This document shows, piece by piece, positions 1 through 9,118 of a stretch of 64,000 bases of DNA. The stretch's first letter is position 1. Each line of letters opens with the position of its first letter. The stretch spans positions 682,001 to 746,000 of the forward strand of contig OX337228.1 of NCBI GenBank assembly GCA_946965045.2, in the 5' to 3' direction. Under the pieces are notes generated by a model. The model had not been told where the DNA came from and searched no databases. It worked only from the letters and a program-made list of their open reading frames with translations. This stretch comes from Epithemia pelagica. Taxonomy: Eukaryota > Protista > Bacillariophyta. The position numbers and the translations under genes were made by a program.

Positions 1-301
1 AAGTCTTTACTTAGATGAGATTGCCACTCGGATGGCCGATCAATTCTCTCCTCTCTGCACGAAAGGACGAACGCGTCCGCGATCCTTCAGGTCAAACGTA
101 CAAAACTTCATTTGAGGTTTGGGGGAAACGGTGGGGACTGTCTACAATTGCCACTTGGGTTTAATTATGCCACCGTGACAGATTACTTAGGGAAAATTTC
201 ATCCGTTGCGCCGCGTGCCTTCCTCATTTTACAGCGCGACAGATTTTTTCCTGAGAGGCCTGATCCCATCAACCAAACAAAACGAGTGACCGTGAAAAAG
301 G

Positions 302-886
302 GTGTCCACAAAAAACAAAAAGGATAGTATAGCAACGACAACACTATTGACGAGACAACAGCGAAAAGATATGTTGCTCTACATCGACAAGCGCCGGGTT
401 AGTGCGCGGCTTCAAAGTCGCACCGACAAGAGTGTTGCGATGGCAACGGGTACGTCAAAACTCGCTCTGCGCCCCATCCATAAAGGTGCCCAGAAGAACA
501 ACAAGAACAACAAGAACAACAAGAACAAGGAGAAGACGGTTACCAAGAAAGAGAAGGAAGAGCTCTTGGCCGGGTGTGATCCAATCAAAGCTGGTGGCTC
601 ATCGATCCTCAAGATTCGCGACGACTTAGTTGAGCACGGATCGAACGGCGGAAGCAACACTCCATTGCGCCACACCAAGATCAAGTTTGCTGATGAACTC
701 AGCCCAGTTTATGAGGAGCTCAAGAAGCCTTTATCACGTGTCTCACTCATAAGCAACGCTTCTACGCGCAGTGTCAACACTGCATCCTCTTGTGGAACCG
801 CTGTCGATAGCGAGCTTTCCTTTGACTTTGCCGAGACCCAACAAGATGAGCATGACGACGTCTACAACCATTATGTGGCCTCCTAA
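302..886 (+). CDS. Element-borne ORF of unknown function (basic N-terminus, acidic C-terminus, 194 aa; GTG start uncertain)
   Basis: ORF track; also present at 29628-30080, where a 14-bp deletion truncates it. Confidence 0.4.
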   Translation: MSTKNKKDSIATTTLLTRQQRKDMLLYIDKRRVSARLQSRTDKSVAMATGTSKLALRPIHKGAQKNNKNNKNNKNKEKTVTKKEKEELLAGCDPIKAGGSSILKIRDDLVEHGSNGGSNTPLRHTKIKFADELSPVYEELKKPLSRVSLISNASTRSVNTASSCGTAVDSELSFDFAETQQDEHDDVYNHYVAS

Positions 887-1019
887 TGATCCTGTAGTAA
901 GTCTTTTGTAGCGCTGACCTTAAATTAGTCCAGACAGTTGTTTCATTAGTCACGCAACAGGGTTTCTGCCTTAGGAGCAGCGTAGTTGTCGCATACCTAG
1001 AAAACCTTTTGTCAAATCA

Positions 1020-1900
1020 ATCATGACCTCATTCATCACAACCATGGATCCTACGTAAGATCTGAGACTGCTGATCCCTCAAGTAGAGCCTAAACTAAAA
1101 GATATGTTAATATCACGTACAGAGCCGCCATGGCCGGATATCGGCATGGCGTCATCGTTCGGTCGAAATCTCGTGTGCTGTTTGGTGCGTCGAAGAAGCG
1201 TCGAACGAGGATCGCATCTTTCATCACGACCATGGCGCCTACGTGAGATCTGAAACTTTCCAAACCTTATGTACATCTTAAACTAAACCATATGTAAATA
1301 TCACGTACAGAGCCGACATGGCTGAATATCGGCATGGCGTCATCGCTCGGTCGAAAGCTCGTGTGCTTTTTGGTGTGGCGAAAAAGTGTCCATCAATGAT
1401 CATCTCGTTCATCACAACCAAGGCTCCGATCTTTGATCTGATATGTCGGATCCCTAAACTAGAACCTAAATTAATAGCCTATTAAGTAGGACGTCCGAAG
1501 CGGCCATATTCATGGAGCCGCATCTCGTCATCCTTCGGTCGAAAATTTGTGTGGCGTGTGGTGCGTCGAAAAGAAGGGTCCATCGATGGTTGGCCATTGC
1601 ATCACGACCATACCGCCGATGGTCGATCTGATACGCCCGATCTCTAAAGTAGAACCTAAATTAGTAGCCTATTGAGTAGGACGTCCGAAGCGAACGGATC
1701 CGTGGATTCGCATCTCGTCATCCTTCGGTCAAAAACTCGTGTGGTGTGTGGTGCGTCGAAAGGAAGCGTCCATCGATGGTTGGCCATTTCTCCATGGCCA
1801 TACCACTGATGGTCGATCTGATACGCCACATCTCTCACGTAGAGCTTAAATTAGTAGCCTATTAAGTAGGAAGTCCAGAGCAGACGGATCCGTGGAGCTG
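1020..1900 (+). repeat. Degenerate ~188-190-bp tandem array (~4.5 units), subterminal to the TIR
   Basis: Anchor GTCATC(G/C)(T/C)TCGGTC recurs at 1151, 1339, 1527 and 1717. Confidence 0.9.
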
Positions 1901-3202
1901 CAGGACGGCGAATAACAATGCAAATCTCATGCGGTACGTGCCGCGTCGAAAAATCGACGCAATGGGATGAAAGCTCGTTTGAATCCTATGCTTAGAGATA
2001 GCGTATAGGGGTCAAACGCTTTCTCATTTACACTAAGATCGATAACATGCTTCAATTTCACGGCATTTGGTCCAGTATTGGTGGAGAAATACCATGGTGA
2101 AGTCACGGGCCAACCGGCAATCTAGCGGCCAAATCGCCAAAAGAGAAAAAATGACCCTACAATGATGACTAAGAATTCCATCAGAATGGACGATATGGAA
2201 AATCTGCCCCGTGGGGACCTAAAGCATTGTCTGAAGATGAAGTCTATCATCACAGTTCTATGGAGGTGCTATGTTGAGTGAGTAATCCTAAAAGACCACC
2301 ATGGTCTTTTGGCCGGTAGAATGCGCAGTCTGTCCGCTTCACCTACGAAGGCACTAGGTGGTGTCCATGACGGGAGTCGCCCTTTTAAACCGTCCGACCG
2401 CCGACCGTTTGTGGACGTCAAAAACTGTTCCCAAAACAAAAACTCCCATCCAGCACCCCTCATGATCGACTGCAGTACAAACAGCAAACGGTTTCCCCTA
2501 TCATCTATACTACACGATTCTCTCGCATGGCGAATACTCTGCTGCTCCACACAACGTCTCATGCCTGTTTTTTCTCCATCCTGGAACGCGTATTCCTAGC
2601 TAGAGGTAGCTGTATATAAGAAGGAAAGTGGCTCTCTCGTCCATGTGGCTGGCAACCAAGGACACAGATGTACATCTTCCTATCGTAACCTTTGGTCCTT
2701 TGTAATAAGTCGAGGAGCCATGATCAAATGTGCAAGAGAGGTAGGTGCTCCAGAAAAAGACGACGTGATCCCCAGATTCCAGCAAACAGGGTAGGTAGGC
2801 ACCACAGTTCGATCAAGGAGGAAGTCAAGAATGTGCGAGTCTTTTGGACAGGTTTATCGATGCGACGGCGTTCATTTGCCTCGCCTTTTTGGACCCTACG
2901 AAGCGAGCCAAGGATGAAATAGTGTTTCTACCATGCACCTTCACGTGTCGGTTGTTCTTGCACCGTCTTGACGTCTCTGTTGGCTGTTAGACCGGCGGAT
3001 ACCTTCGTACTCTTGTTCCTTTCCGAAGGAGGGCTTCCTGAAGAAAAATACCTTTTGATCGGGTCTAGTGGTAATGAATTGAATCTCTCTCTACTCCCAA
3101 AGGCCCTTTCAATGTTTTTCGCCTATTGCCACCAACATTACCTCTTCCCGTATCGAGCGTCGGATATGTTGTGTATTTTGGGTGATGTCATGTGTGACTG
3201 TG

Positions 3203-3547
3203 ACTGGGAAATTGGGCGTTGGCGTGGGAGCCCATGAATGACTCCACAACCAGAATCAGGAAAGCTCAATCGAGTTTCGTCCCTTTCAGCTCCAAAAGTT
3301 TTTGGATCACCAAAACGACATTATCATCTATTTTTTTGGTCGTGTGAAATTGGTAGAGACTCACTGGGAAATTGGGCGTTGGCGTGGGAACCCATGAATG
3401 ACTCCCCAACCAGAATCAGGAAAGCTCAATCGAGTTTCGTCCCTTTCAGCTCCAAAAGTTTTTGGATCACCAAAACGACAATATCATCTATTTTTTTGGT
3501 CGTGTGAAATTGGTAGAGACTCACTGGGAAATTGGGCGTTGGCGTGG
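3203..3547 (+). repeat. 160-bp tandem duplication (2.1 copies)
   Basis: ACTGGGAAATTGGGCGTTGGCGTGG at 3203, 3363 and 3523; ORFs at 3238 and 3398 start identically. Confidence 0.95.
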
Positions 3548-3672
3548 CCAAGACACCACGATCGAGAAAATATCTCGAATTCGAACATTTAATAATTGCC
3601 ACCATATGGAGGCAATATTGGAAAAGTGCGAGGAGTATTGGACTAGGTAGCACGAATATGAGCTCGTAGCTA

Positions 3673-4023
3673 GTGTTGGGGAAATGTGGCACGTGGAATG
3701 CCCGGGGTCATGGGCAAGGTGGGCACGATACCCCTGTGCCCATTGATGTCAAAATGACCATGGGCATTCCCAGGAGCGACTAAACACGTCGTGCATACTT
3801 TTTGGGCATGAGATCTTCGTTTTTCCGTAGATTGAGTAAGGGCATGACTTTGGAATGGGGTAATCTAGAGGTTATCCAGGGGTAACATAACGTGCTCTGG
3901 GCAATGGGAACGCTCCCATTACGACCATCCTTGAAAGGCATGCCTGGGTAATGGAAACGTTACCATCAGTCATAGATGGGAGCGTCCCTCGTGCCCATCA
4001 GAATGAGACCGTTACCCCAACAC
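3673..4023. mobile_element. MITE-like element, TA|GTGTTGGGG...CCCCAACAC|TA
   Basis: 11-bp perfect inverted repeat including flanking TA (3671-3681 / 4015-4025); non-coding interior with recurrent GGGCA/ATGG motifs. Confidence 0.6.
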
Positions 4024-4025
4024 TA

Positions 4026-4259
4026 CTCGTAGGTCGTACTCGTACTCGTATTCTTTGAGTCCCCAAAGGCCAAAGGGCCTTTCTCTCTTTGTCTCTTTGT
4101 CTCTTTCTTTCTGTCTTTCTCTCTTTCATATTCTGCATTCGTAGAGCGATATTTGATGTAAGATTTTGTAGAATACGAGTATACTCGTACTCGTAATCGT
4201 TTCCCATTTCCTGTATCCGATATCCGATGACCCCCTTTCGAGTATTCGTACCCTACGAG
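4026..4259. mobile_element. MITE-like element, TA|CTCGTAGG...CCTACGAG|TA, with TACTCG subrepeats
   Basis: 10-bp inverted repeat at 4024-4033 / 4252-4261; abuts the previous MITE at a shared TA. Confidence 0.5.
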
Positions 4260-4458
4260 TACCTGGGTCCTGGGTGAATCAAAGCATAGAACATAAATCT
4301 TAAATCTTTGTATCGCCCACACGCTAAATTTCACTGGAAACTGGACATTTGAATTTAAGCAACGTAGAACGTAGTAGAGATATCGGGTTGGGAGTACTAT
4401 AGGATCCTTCCGCCGCTAACGCCAACGTCTTTCGAGCGCATGATCGGGTTCTCCTTTG

Positions 4459-4653
4459 CGGGTCATCCTGTGGCCCTGCCACTTTTGGAAATGACTGTTG
4501 CACAAACATTCTCAATATGCACCATTTGGGGGAAAAACCAAAAAGGTCATCATTCGGGTCATCCTGTGGCCCTGCCACTTTTGGAAATGACTGTAGCACA
4601 AACATATTCTCAATATTCACCATTTGGGGGAAAAACCAAAAAGGTCATCATTC
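4459..4653. repeat. ~96-98-bp tandem duplication
   Basis: CGGGTCATCCTGTGGCCCTGCCACTTTTGGAAATGACTG at 4459 and 4555. Confidence 0.9.
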
Positions 4654-4885
4654 GAGAAGAAATGATCGACGACGATATCGTTGTTGTGCAAGTTTTTTCG
4701 TCACTTTACTAGTTGGAAACTCATATTTTTCATTTGATCCGTTTGGTTTCATCAAAGCTTCGAGGCTCCACCACCAGGGACATTGACCGTGAGCCCTCTT
4801 GTCGACCTACTAGAGACAGTACCACTTTGGAGCAAAGCGAACGCTCCCCATCACCATGGTTTCCTCCTCCTGTAGAATTGCCACT

Positions 4886-7378
4886 ATGGGGAAACGGGGG
4901 ACCCGCTTTCTCCACGCACTCCTTGTTGTACAGCTTCTGTGTGGAACCAGATTTGCCACGTCCACCAACCCAGACAGACGAAAAGAACCTGTCGTCTCCT
5001 TGTCGTCCCCGGCTTCTCCAACGCCCACTCCTCCCGTACCTTCCGACGCTATGTTGTTGAAGGAAAGTAAAACGACGACGAGCTGCAACGAAGCCGACCC
5101 ATGCAACATGAATGTGACAACCAAGACTGCTGAGGACAATAGTTCTCATAACACAACTGAACATCCCACGTCTGTGACAAAGTCAGCTTCCAGTCTTCAA
5201 GGTTTTTGGTCATCCTTGTGGTCCGAAAAAGACCAAACATCCCATTCATCGCACCAGGATGATACGAACCTGTTGAAACCACCAATCACGAATTCGAATC
5301 TTTCCAAACGCGTTCCGTACGATGACGACCGAGAAAACACCGACTCGACCGATGTCGGGGGGCATTTGCGATCGGGTGTTTCCCGCCGACGACTAAATGG
5401 TTTGACCGACAGTCCCACAAGTCAGCCCACGGACGCACCAACCGACAATCCCACATCGACCCCGACATCTGCGCCCACGAACAATCCCACTAATCAACCC
5501 ACGGCCGGTCCCACCACACCTCCGACCAGTCAACCTACGTCCACCCCTACCAGTGAGCCCACTGAAACACCCACGAGTACTCCCACATCACAGCCAACTG
5601 ACAATCCCACTGACAATCCCACTGCAAGTCCCACAGACGGCCCGACGAACGCTCCCACATCAACACCAACCAGTCAACCAACGAGCTCACCTACGAGTGG
5701 TCCTACAACTGAGCCGACTGAAAATCCGACAGCCCCAACGTCAAGTCCTACAGGAAGTCCTACAGCCCCAACGTCTTCTCCCACAGGAAGCCCAACAGCC
5801 CCTACGTCAGCACCGACAGCCGGCCCAACGTCAGCTCCGACTTCGGGACCTACAAGTGGACCAACAAGCAGTCCGACAAGTGGACCAACAAGTGGACCAA
5901 CATCGTCGCCGACCAGCGAGCCAACTTCATCACCAACGAGTACTCCAACAGATGGACCCACATTTGGTCCAACATCTGGTCCTACCGACGGACCAACATC
6001 TGCACCAACAAGTGGACCTACCGACAATCCCACATCGACCCCGACATCTGCGCCCACGAACAATCCCACTAATCAACCCACGGCCGGTCCCACCACACCT
6101 CCGACCAGTCAACCTACGTCCACCCCTACCAGTGAGCCCACTGAAACACCCACGAGTACTCCCACATCACAGCCAACTGACAATCCCACTGACAATCCCA
6201 CTGCAAGTCCCACAGACGGCCCGACGAACGCTCCCACATCAACACCAACCAGTCAACCAACGAGCTCACCTACGAGTGGTCCTACAACTGAGCCGACTGA
6301 AAATCCGACGAGCAGTCCGACAAGTGCACCGACGTCATCACCATCATCGTTGCCGACCAGTGAGCCTACGGAAACCCCAACGAGTACTCCAACAGCAGAA
6401 CCAACTGATGGTCCCACATCAGCTCCGACAGCCGGCCCAACATCCGCTCCGACATCAGAACCAACCGCTGGTCCCACATCTGCTCCCACATCAGCTCCGA
6501 CAACAGAGCCTACTGCAAGTCCCACATCTGCTCCCACAGATGGCCCAACATCCGCTCCGACAACCCAACCGACTGATGCTCCCACATCTGCTCCGACTGA
6601 TGGCCCAACGTCTGCTCCAACATCGACACCCACAAGTCAACCAACGAGTGCACCAACAAGTGGACCAACAAACAGTCCGACAAGTGGACCAACATCGTCG
6701 CCGACCAGCGAGCCAACTTCATCACCAACGAGTACTCCAACAGATGGACCCACATCTGGTCCAACATCTGGTCCTACCGCCGGACCAACGTCAGCTCCAA
6801 CATCTGCACCAACAAGTGGACCTACAAGTGGACCAACTGCGGGTCCGACTAGTCAACCAACCTCCGGTCCTACGACAGCCCCGACGGCTGCACCAACAAG
6901 CGGCCCCACTTCACAGCCGACAAGTGCACCAACGGCACAACCAACGTCCAATCCAACAACCCCAACGTCAAGTCCTACAGGAAGTCCTACAGCCCCAACG
7001 TCTTCTCCCACTTTGGTTCCAACAAGTGCACCAACTAGTGTCCCTACGGCCGCTCCGACTGCCGTTCCGACAACACAGCCAACCCAATCTCCGTCAAGTA
7101 GTACTGACGAACCCACCGCTGGTGTTCCGCCGGCTGCGGAGAGTAGTACAAGCAAAAAGAGTAAGAAGAGTAAGAAGAGTAAGAAGAGTAAGAAGAGTAA
7201 CTCTACGGCCGCTCCGACTGCCGTTCCGACAACACAGCCAACCCAATCTCCGTCAAGAAGTGACGAACCCACCGCTGGTGTTCCGCCGGCTGCGGAGAGT
7301 AGTACAAGCAAAAAGAGTAAGAAGAGTAAAAAGAGTAAGAAGAGTAAGAAGAGTAAGAAGAGTAAGAAGAAAGAGTGA
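4886..7378 (+). CDS. Secreted PT-repeat (mucin-like) protein with an RRL processing motif and a Lys/Ser (SKK)n tail; probable true end at 7557 via two frameshifts
   Basis: ATG 4886 then a signal-peptide-like MGKRGTRFLHALLVVQLLCG; ...SRRRL|NGL; ~550 aa of PT(S/x)xPT repeats with an exact ~290-bp internal duplication (5442/6021); two SKK arrays. Confidence 0.8.
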   Translation: MGKRGTRFLHALLVVQLLCGTRFATSTNPDRRKEPVVSLSSPASPTPTPPVPSDAMLLKESKTTTSCNEADPCNMNVTTKTAEDNSSHNTTEHPTSVTKSASSLQGFWSSLWSEKDQTSHSSHQDDTNLLKPPITNSNLSKRVPYDDDRENTDSTDVGGHLRSGVSRRRLNGLTDSPTSQPTDAPTDNPTSTPTSAPTNNPTNQPTAGPTTPPTSQPTSTPTSEPTETPTSTPTSQPTDNPTDNPTASPTDGPTNAPTSTPTSQPTSSPTSGPTTEPTENPTAPTSSPTGSPTAPTSSPTGSPTAPTSAPTAGPTSAPTSGPTSGPTSSPTSGPTSGPTSSPTSEPTSSPTSTPTDGPTFGPTSGPTDGPTSAPTSGPTDNPTSTPTSAPTNNPTNQPTAGPTTPPTSQPTSTPTSEPTETPTSTPTSQPTDNPTDNPTASPTDGPTNAPTSTPTSQPTSSPTSGPTTEPTENPTSSPTSAPTSSPSSLPTSEPTETPTSTPTAEPTDGPTSAPTAGPTSAPTSEPTAGPTSAPTSAPTTEPTASPTSAPTDGPTSAPTTQPTDAPTSAPTDGPTSAPTSTPTSQPTSAPTSGPTNSPTSGPTSSPTSEPTSSPTSTPTDGPTSGPTSGPTAGPTSAPTSAPTSGPTSGPTAGPTSQPTSGPTTAPTAAPTSGPTSQPTSAPTAQPTSNPTTPTSSPTGSPTAPTSSPTLVPTSAPTSVPTAAPTAVPTTQPTQSPSSSTDEPTAGVPPAAESSTSKKSKKSKKSKKSKKSNSTAAPTAVPTTQPTQSPSRSDEPTAGVPPAAESSTSKKSKKSKKSKKSKKSKKSKKKE

Positions 7379-8419
7379 AAAGAGTGAAAAGAGTAAAAAG
7401 AGTGAAAAGAGTAAAAAGAGTAAAAAGAGTGAAAAGAGTGGAAAAGTTCCACAGACTAAAAACTAAAACGGCAAAGAGTGCAAAGAGTGCAAAGAGTGCA
7501 AAGAGCAAAAAGAAGAAAAAGAAGGTCATGAATGCTACGGTAGCTGTGATAGCGTGAAAAAAGACGCCCTATTCACCAAGAATATCAGTTGCTTTAGTCG
7601 TATTATCTTCATCAGAAAAGATTCATAATATTATTTTAAATGGTCTGTGTACACAATACACATATGTAGTTGATGTGGCAATGTAATGTCCATTGAAGAT
7701 TCAAATCGATCAAAACAAATGGGAGCAACTGGGGTTCCCACGTTGGCGCAGTCAACCAATCTGATATGTGTGGTACGGATATCTTTGATATGTTCGTAAC
7801 TTGGATTCTCATGTTGGAGACGTCGTTTCTGTTTTGAGATTTGTTTCCCACTCAGCCTTTGCACATTCCATGAAATGCTTTCTTATACTCTAGGTAGTTC
7901 ATAGGGGCATAATCGTTGTACTACGGGAGTCCACGAAACGGCCAATACTTTGAGTTACCGGAATGTCAACGAATAAGTGCTATCGAATATGTTTCTGTGC
8001 GTCGCGTTGACCCAGAAGTATTCTCTTTTATGTCTTTGCATAGAATTATTTCTATGTACTATACAGTGAAAGGTCATACGTGGAGGCTATGACTTGATTT
8101 CCCGCCTGCAGTCTCAACATTTATACGAATCAACAAATTAAAATACATTTTTTGCCGATCCTAATCAATGTGTGTGATTCATAAATGTTGCTGGTAACTC
8201 TGCTCTAATGGAGGTATCGGAATGATTGCTAAGCTTTTGACCGACTTGCTCAAAGGGTAATTTGTCGAGAAAGTTCTTCGTTTAAATCGACGAACACAAT
8301 CCCCTTGCTTCATATAAACTCGTAGTGTTTTGTGCTCTGTATAACAACCGTCGTACCTTCAGGTTCATGGAGTGATCCCATCGAGCTGCGGCAGACAGAT
8401 TCATCGTTCTTCGCTTTCG

Positions 8420-8608
8420 TCAGTCATTGCCAGCCTGCCTTACATGGATAGCTTCTTGATTCTGTCTTTGCAGCTGCCGTTCTAGTTCTTCATGAAGTAA
8501 CACAGCTTCGTTGTGTGCTTGTTCAAGCGATAATTGTTCTTGGGAAGCAACGGCAGCATAGAATCGAGGTCGCAAGTTCTCACTGCTGCTCAAGGTGAAC
8601 TGTAATCT
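8420..8608 (-). pseudogene. Downstream part of a host gene interrupted by copia element 1
   Basis: Removing the element and one TAATCT joins ...AAGTLRRL|QFTLSSSENLRPRFYAAVASQEQLSLEQAHNE... in one frame (coiled-coil-like). Confidence 0.6.
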
Positions 8609-9091
8609 TGTTGTTTTCCTGCTACCGTGGGCAACAAGAACGAGCTCAACCCGTGTAAAACAAAGTTAAGTTGTGTGCTTAGTCTTTACTTCTACTCGTA
8701 GCGATGGCTGTGATCCGTTGGATCATCGGCCGTTGGATAAAGTAGATTGGAGATCTTTTTGCGATCTTGTTGCAATCTTGGTTTCCTATGTATCGTCGTC
8801 CAGCCCGTTCTTGCCTGTCAGAATGTTTAGACGACGACAGTAATGGGATGCCACAGGATCTTGTTTCTCTATGTATTGGACTGGTTTGGGCCGTTATTGT
8901 TGATGACGCGTTGCTCCAAGTGAGACTTGGTCGGCCCATTGGTTCATTTGTTCTGTTCCTGTCCTCAATGGAATAACGATGGTGAGGTGGTACTCGTCTC
9001 TTGTCGGTCGAATCTTCTACTTCCGAATGCCGGTTCCGAATGCTGGTCGCACTTCTTCATTCACTGACCATATCTCTCATTATTTCGAACA
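8609..9091 (-). repeat. 3' LTR of copia 1
   Basis: Direct repeat of 14459-14939; preceded on the minus strand by the PPT (9092-9100). Confidence 0.95.
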
Positions 9092-9118
9092 CTCCCTCTC
9101 GGCCGAGTAGAGTCGATG

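Larger units (their letters stand above)
1..2354 (+). mobile_element. Right end (partial, runs off window) of a second copy of the long-TIR DNA element at 19892-31807
   Basis: Near-identical to 29327-31807; identity stops right after ...CCTACGAAGGCAC-TA (TA at 2355-2356). Confidence 0.85.

Noticed and set aside
1020-1900. CRISPR array (also the 57-bp and 160-bp repeats)
   Set aside because: Contiguous degenerate units with no unique spacers, no cas genes, eukaryotic context.
2341-2358. Helitron interpretation of the CTAG/CTAA ends of the 2.4-kb repeat
   Set aside because: The same end occurs inverted at 19890 as a TIR; no following T, no clear terminal hairpin, no RepHel gene.
5553-7529. 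Long alternative-frame and antisense ORFs over the PT-repeat gene
   Set aside because: By-products of stop-poor repeats; only the Lys-rich ends are informative.
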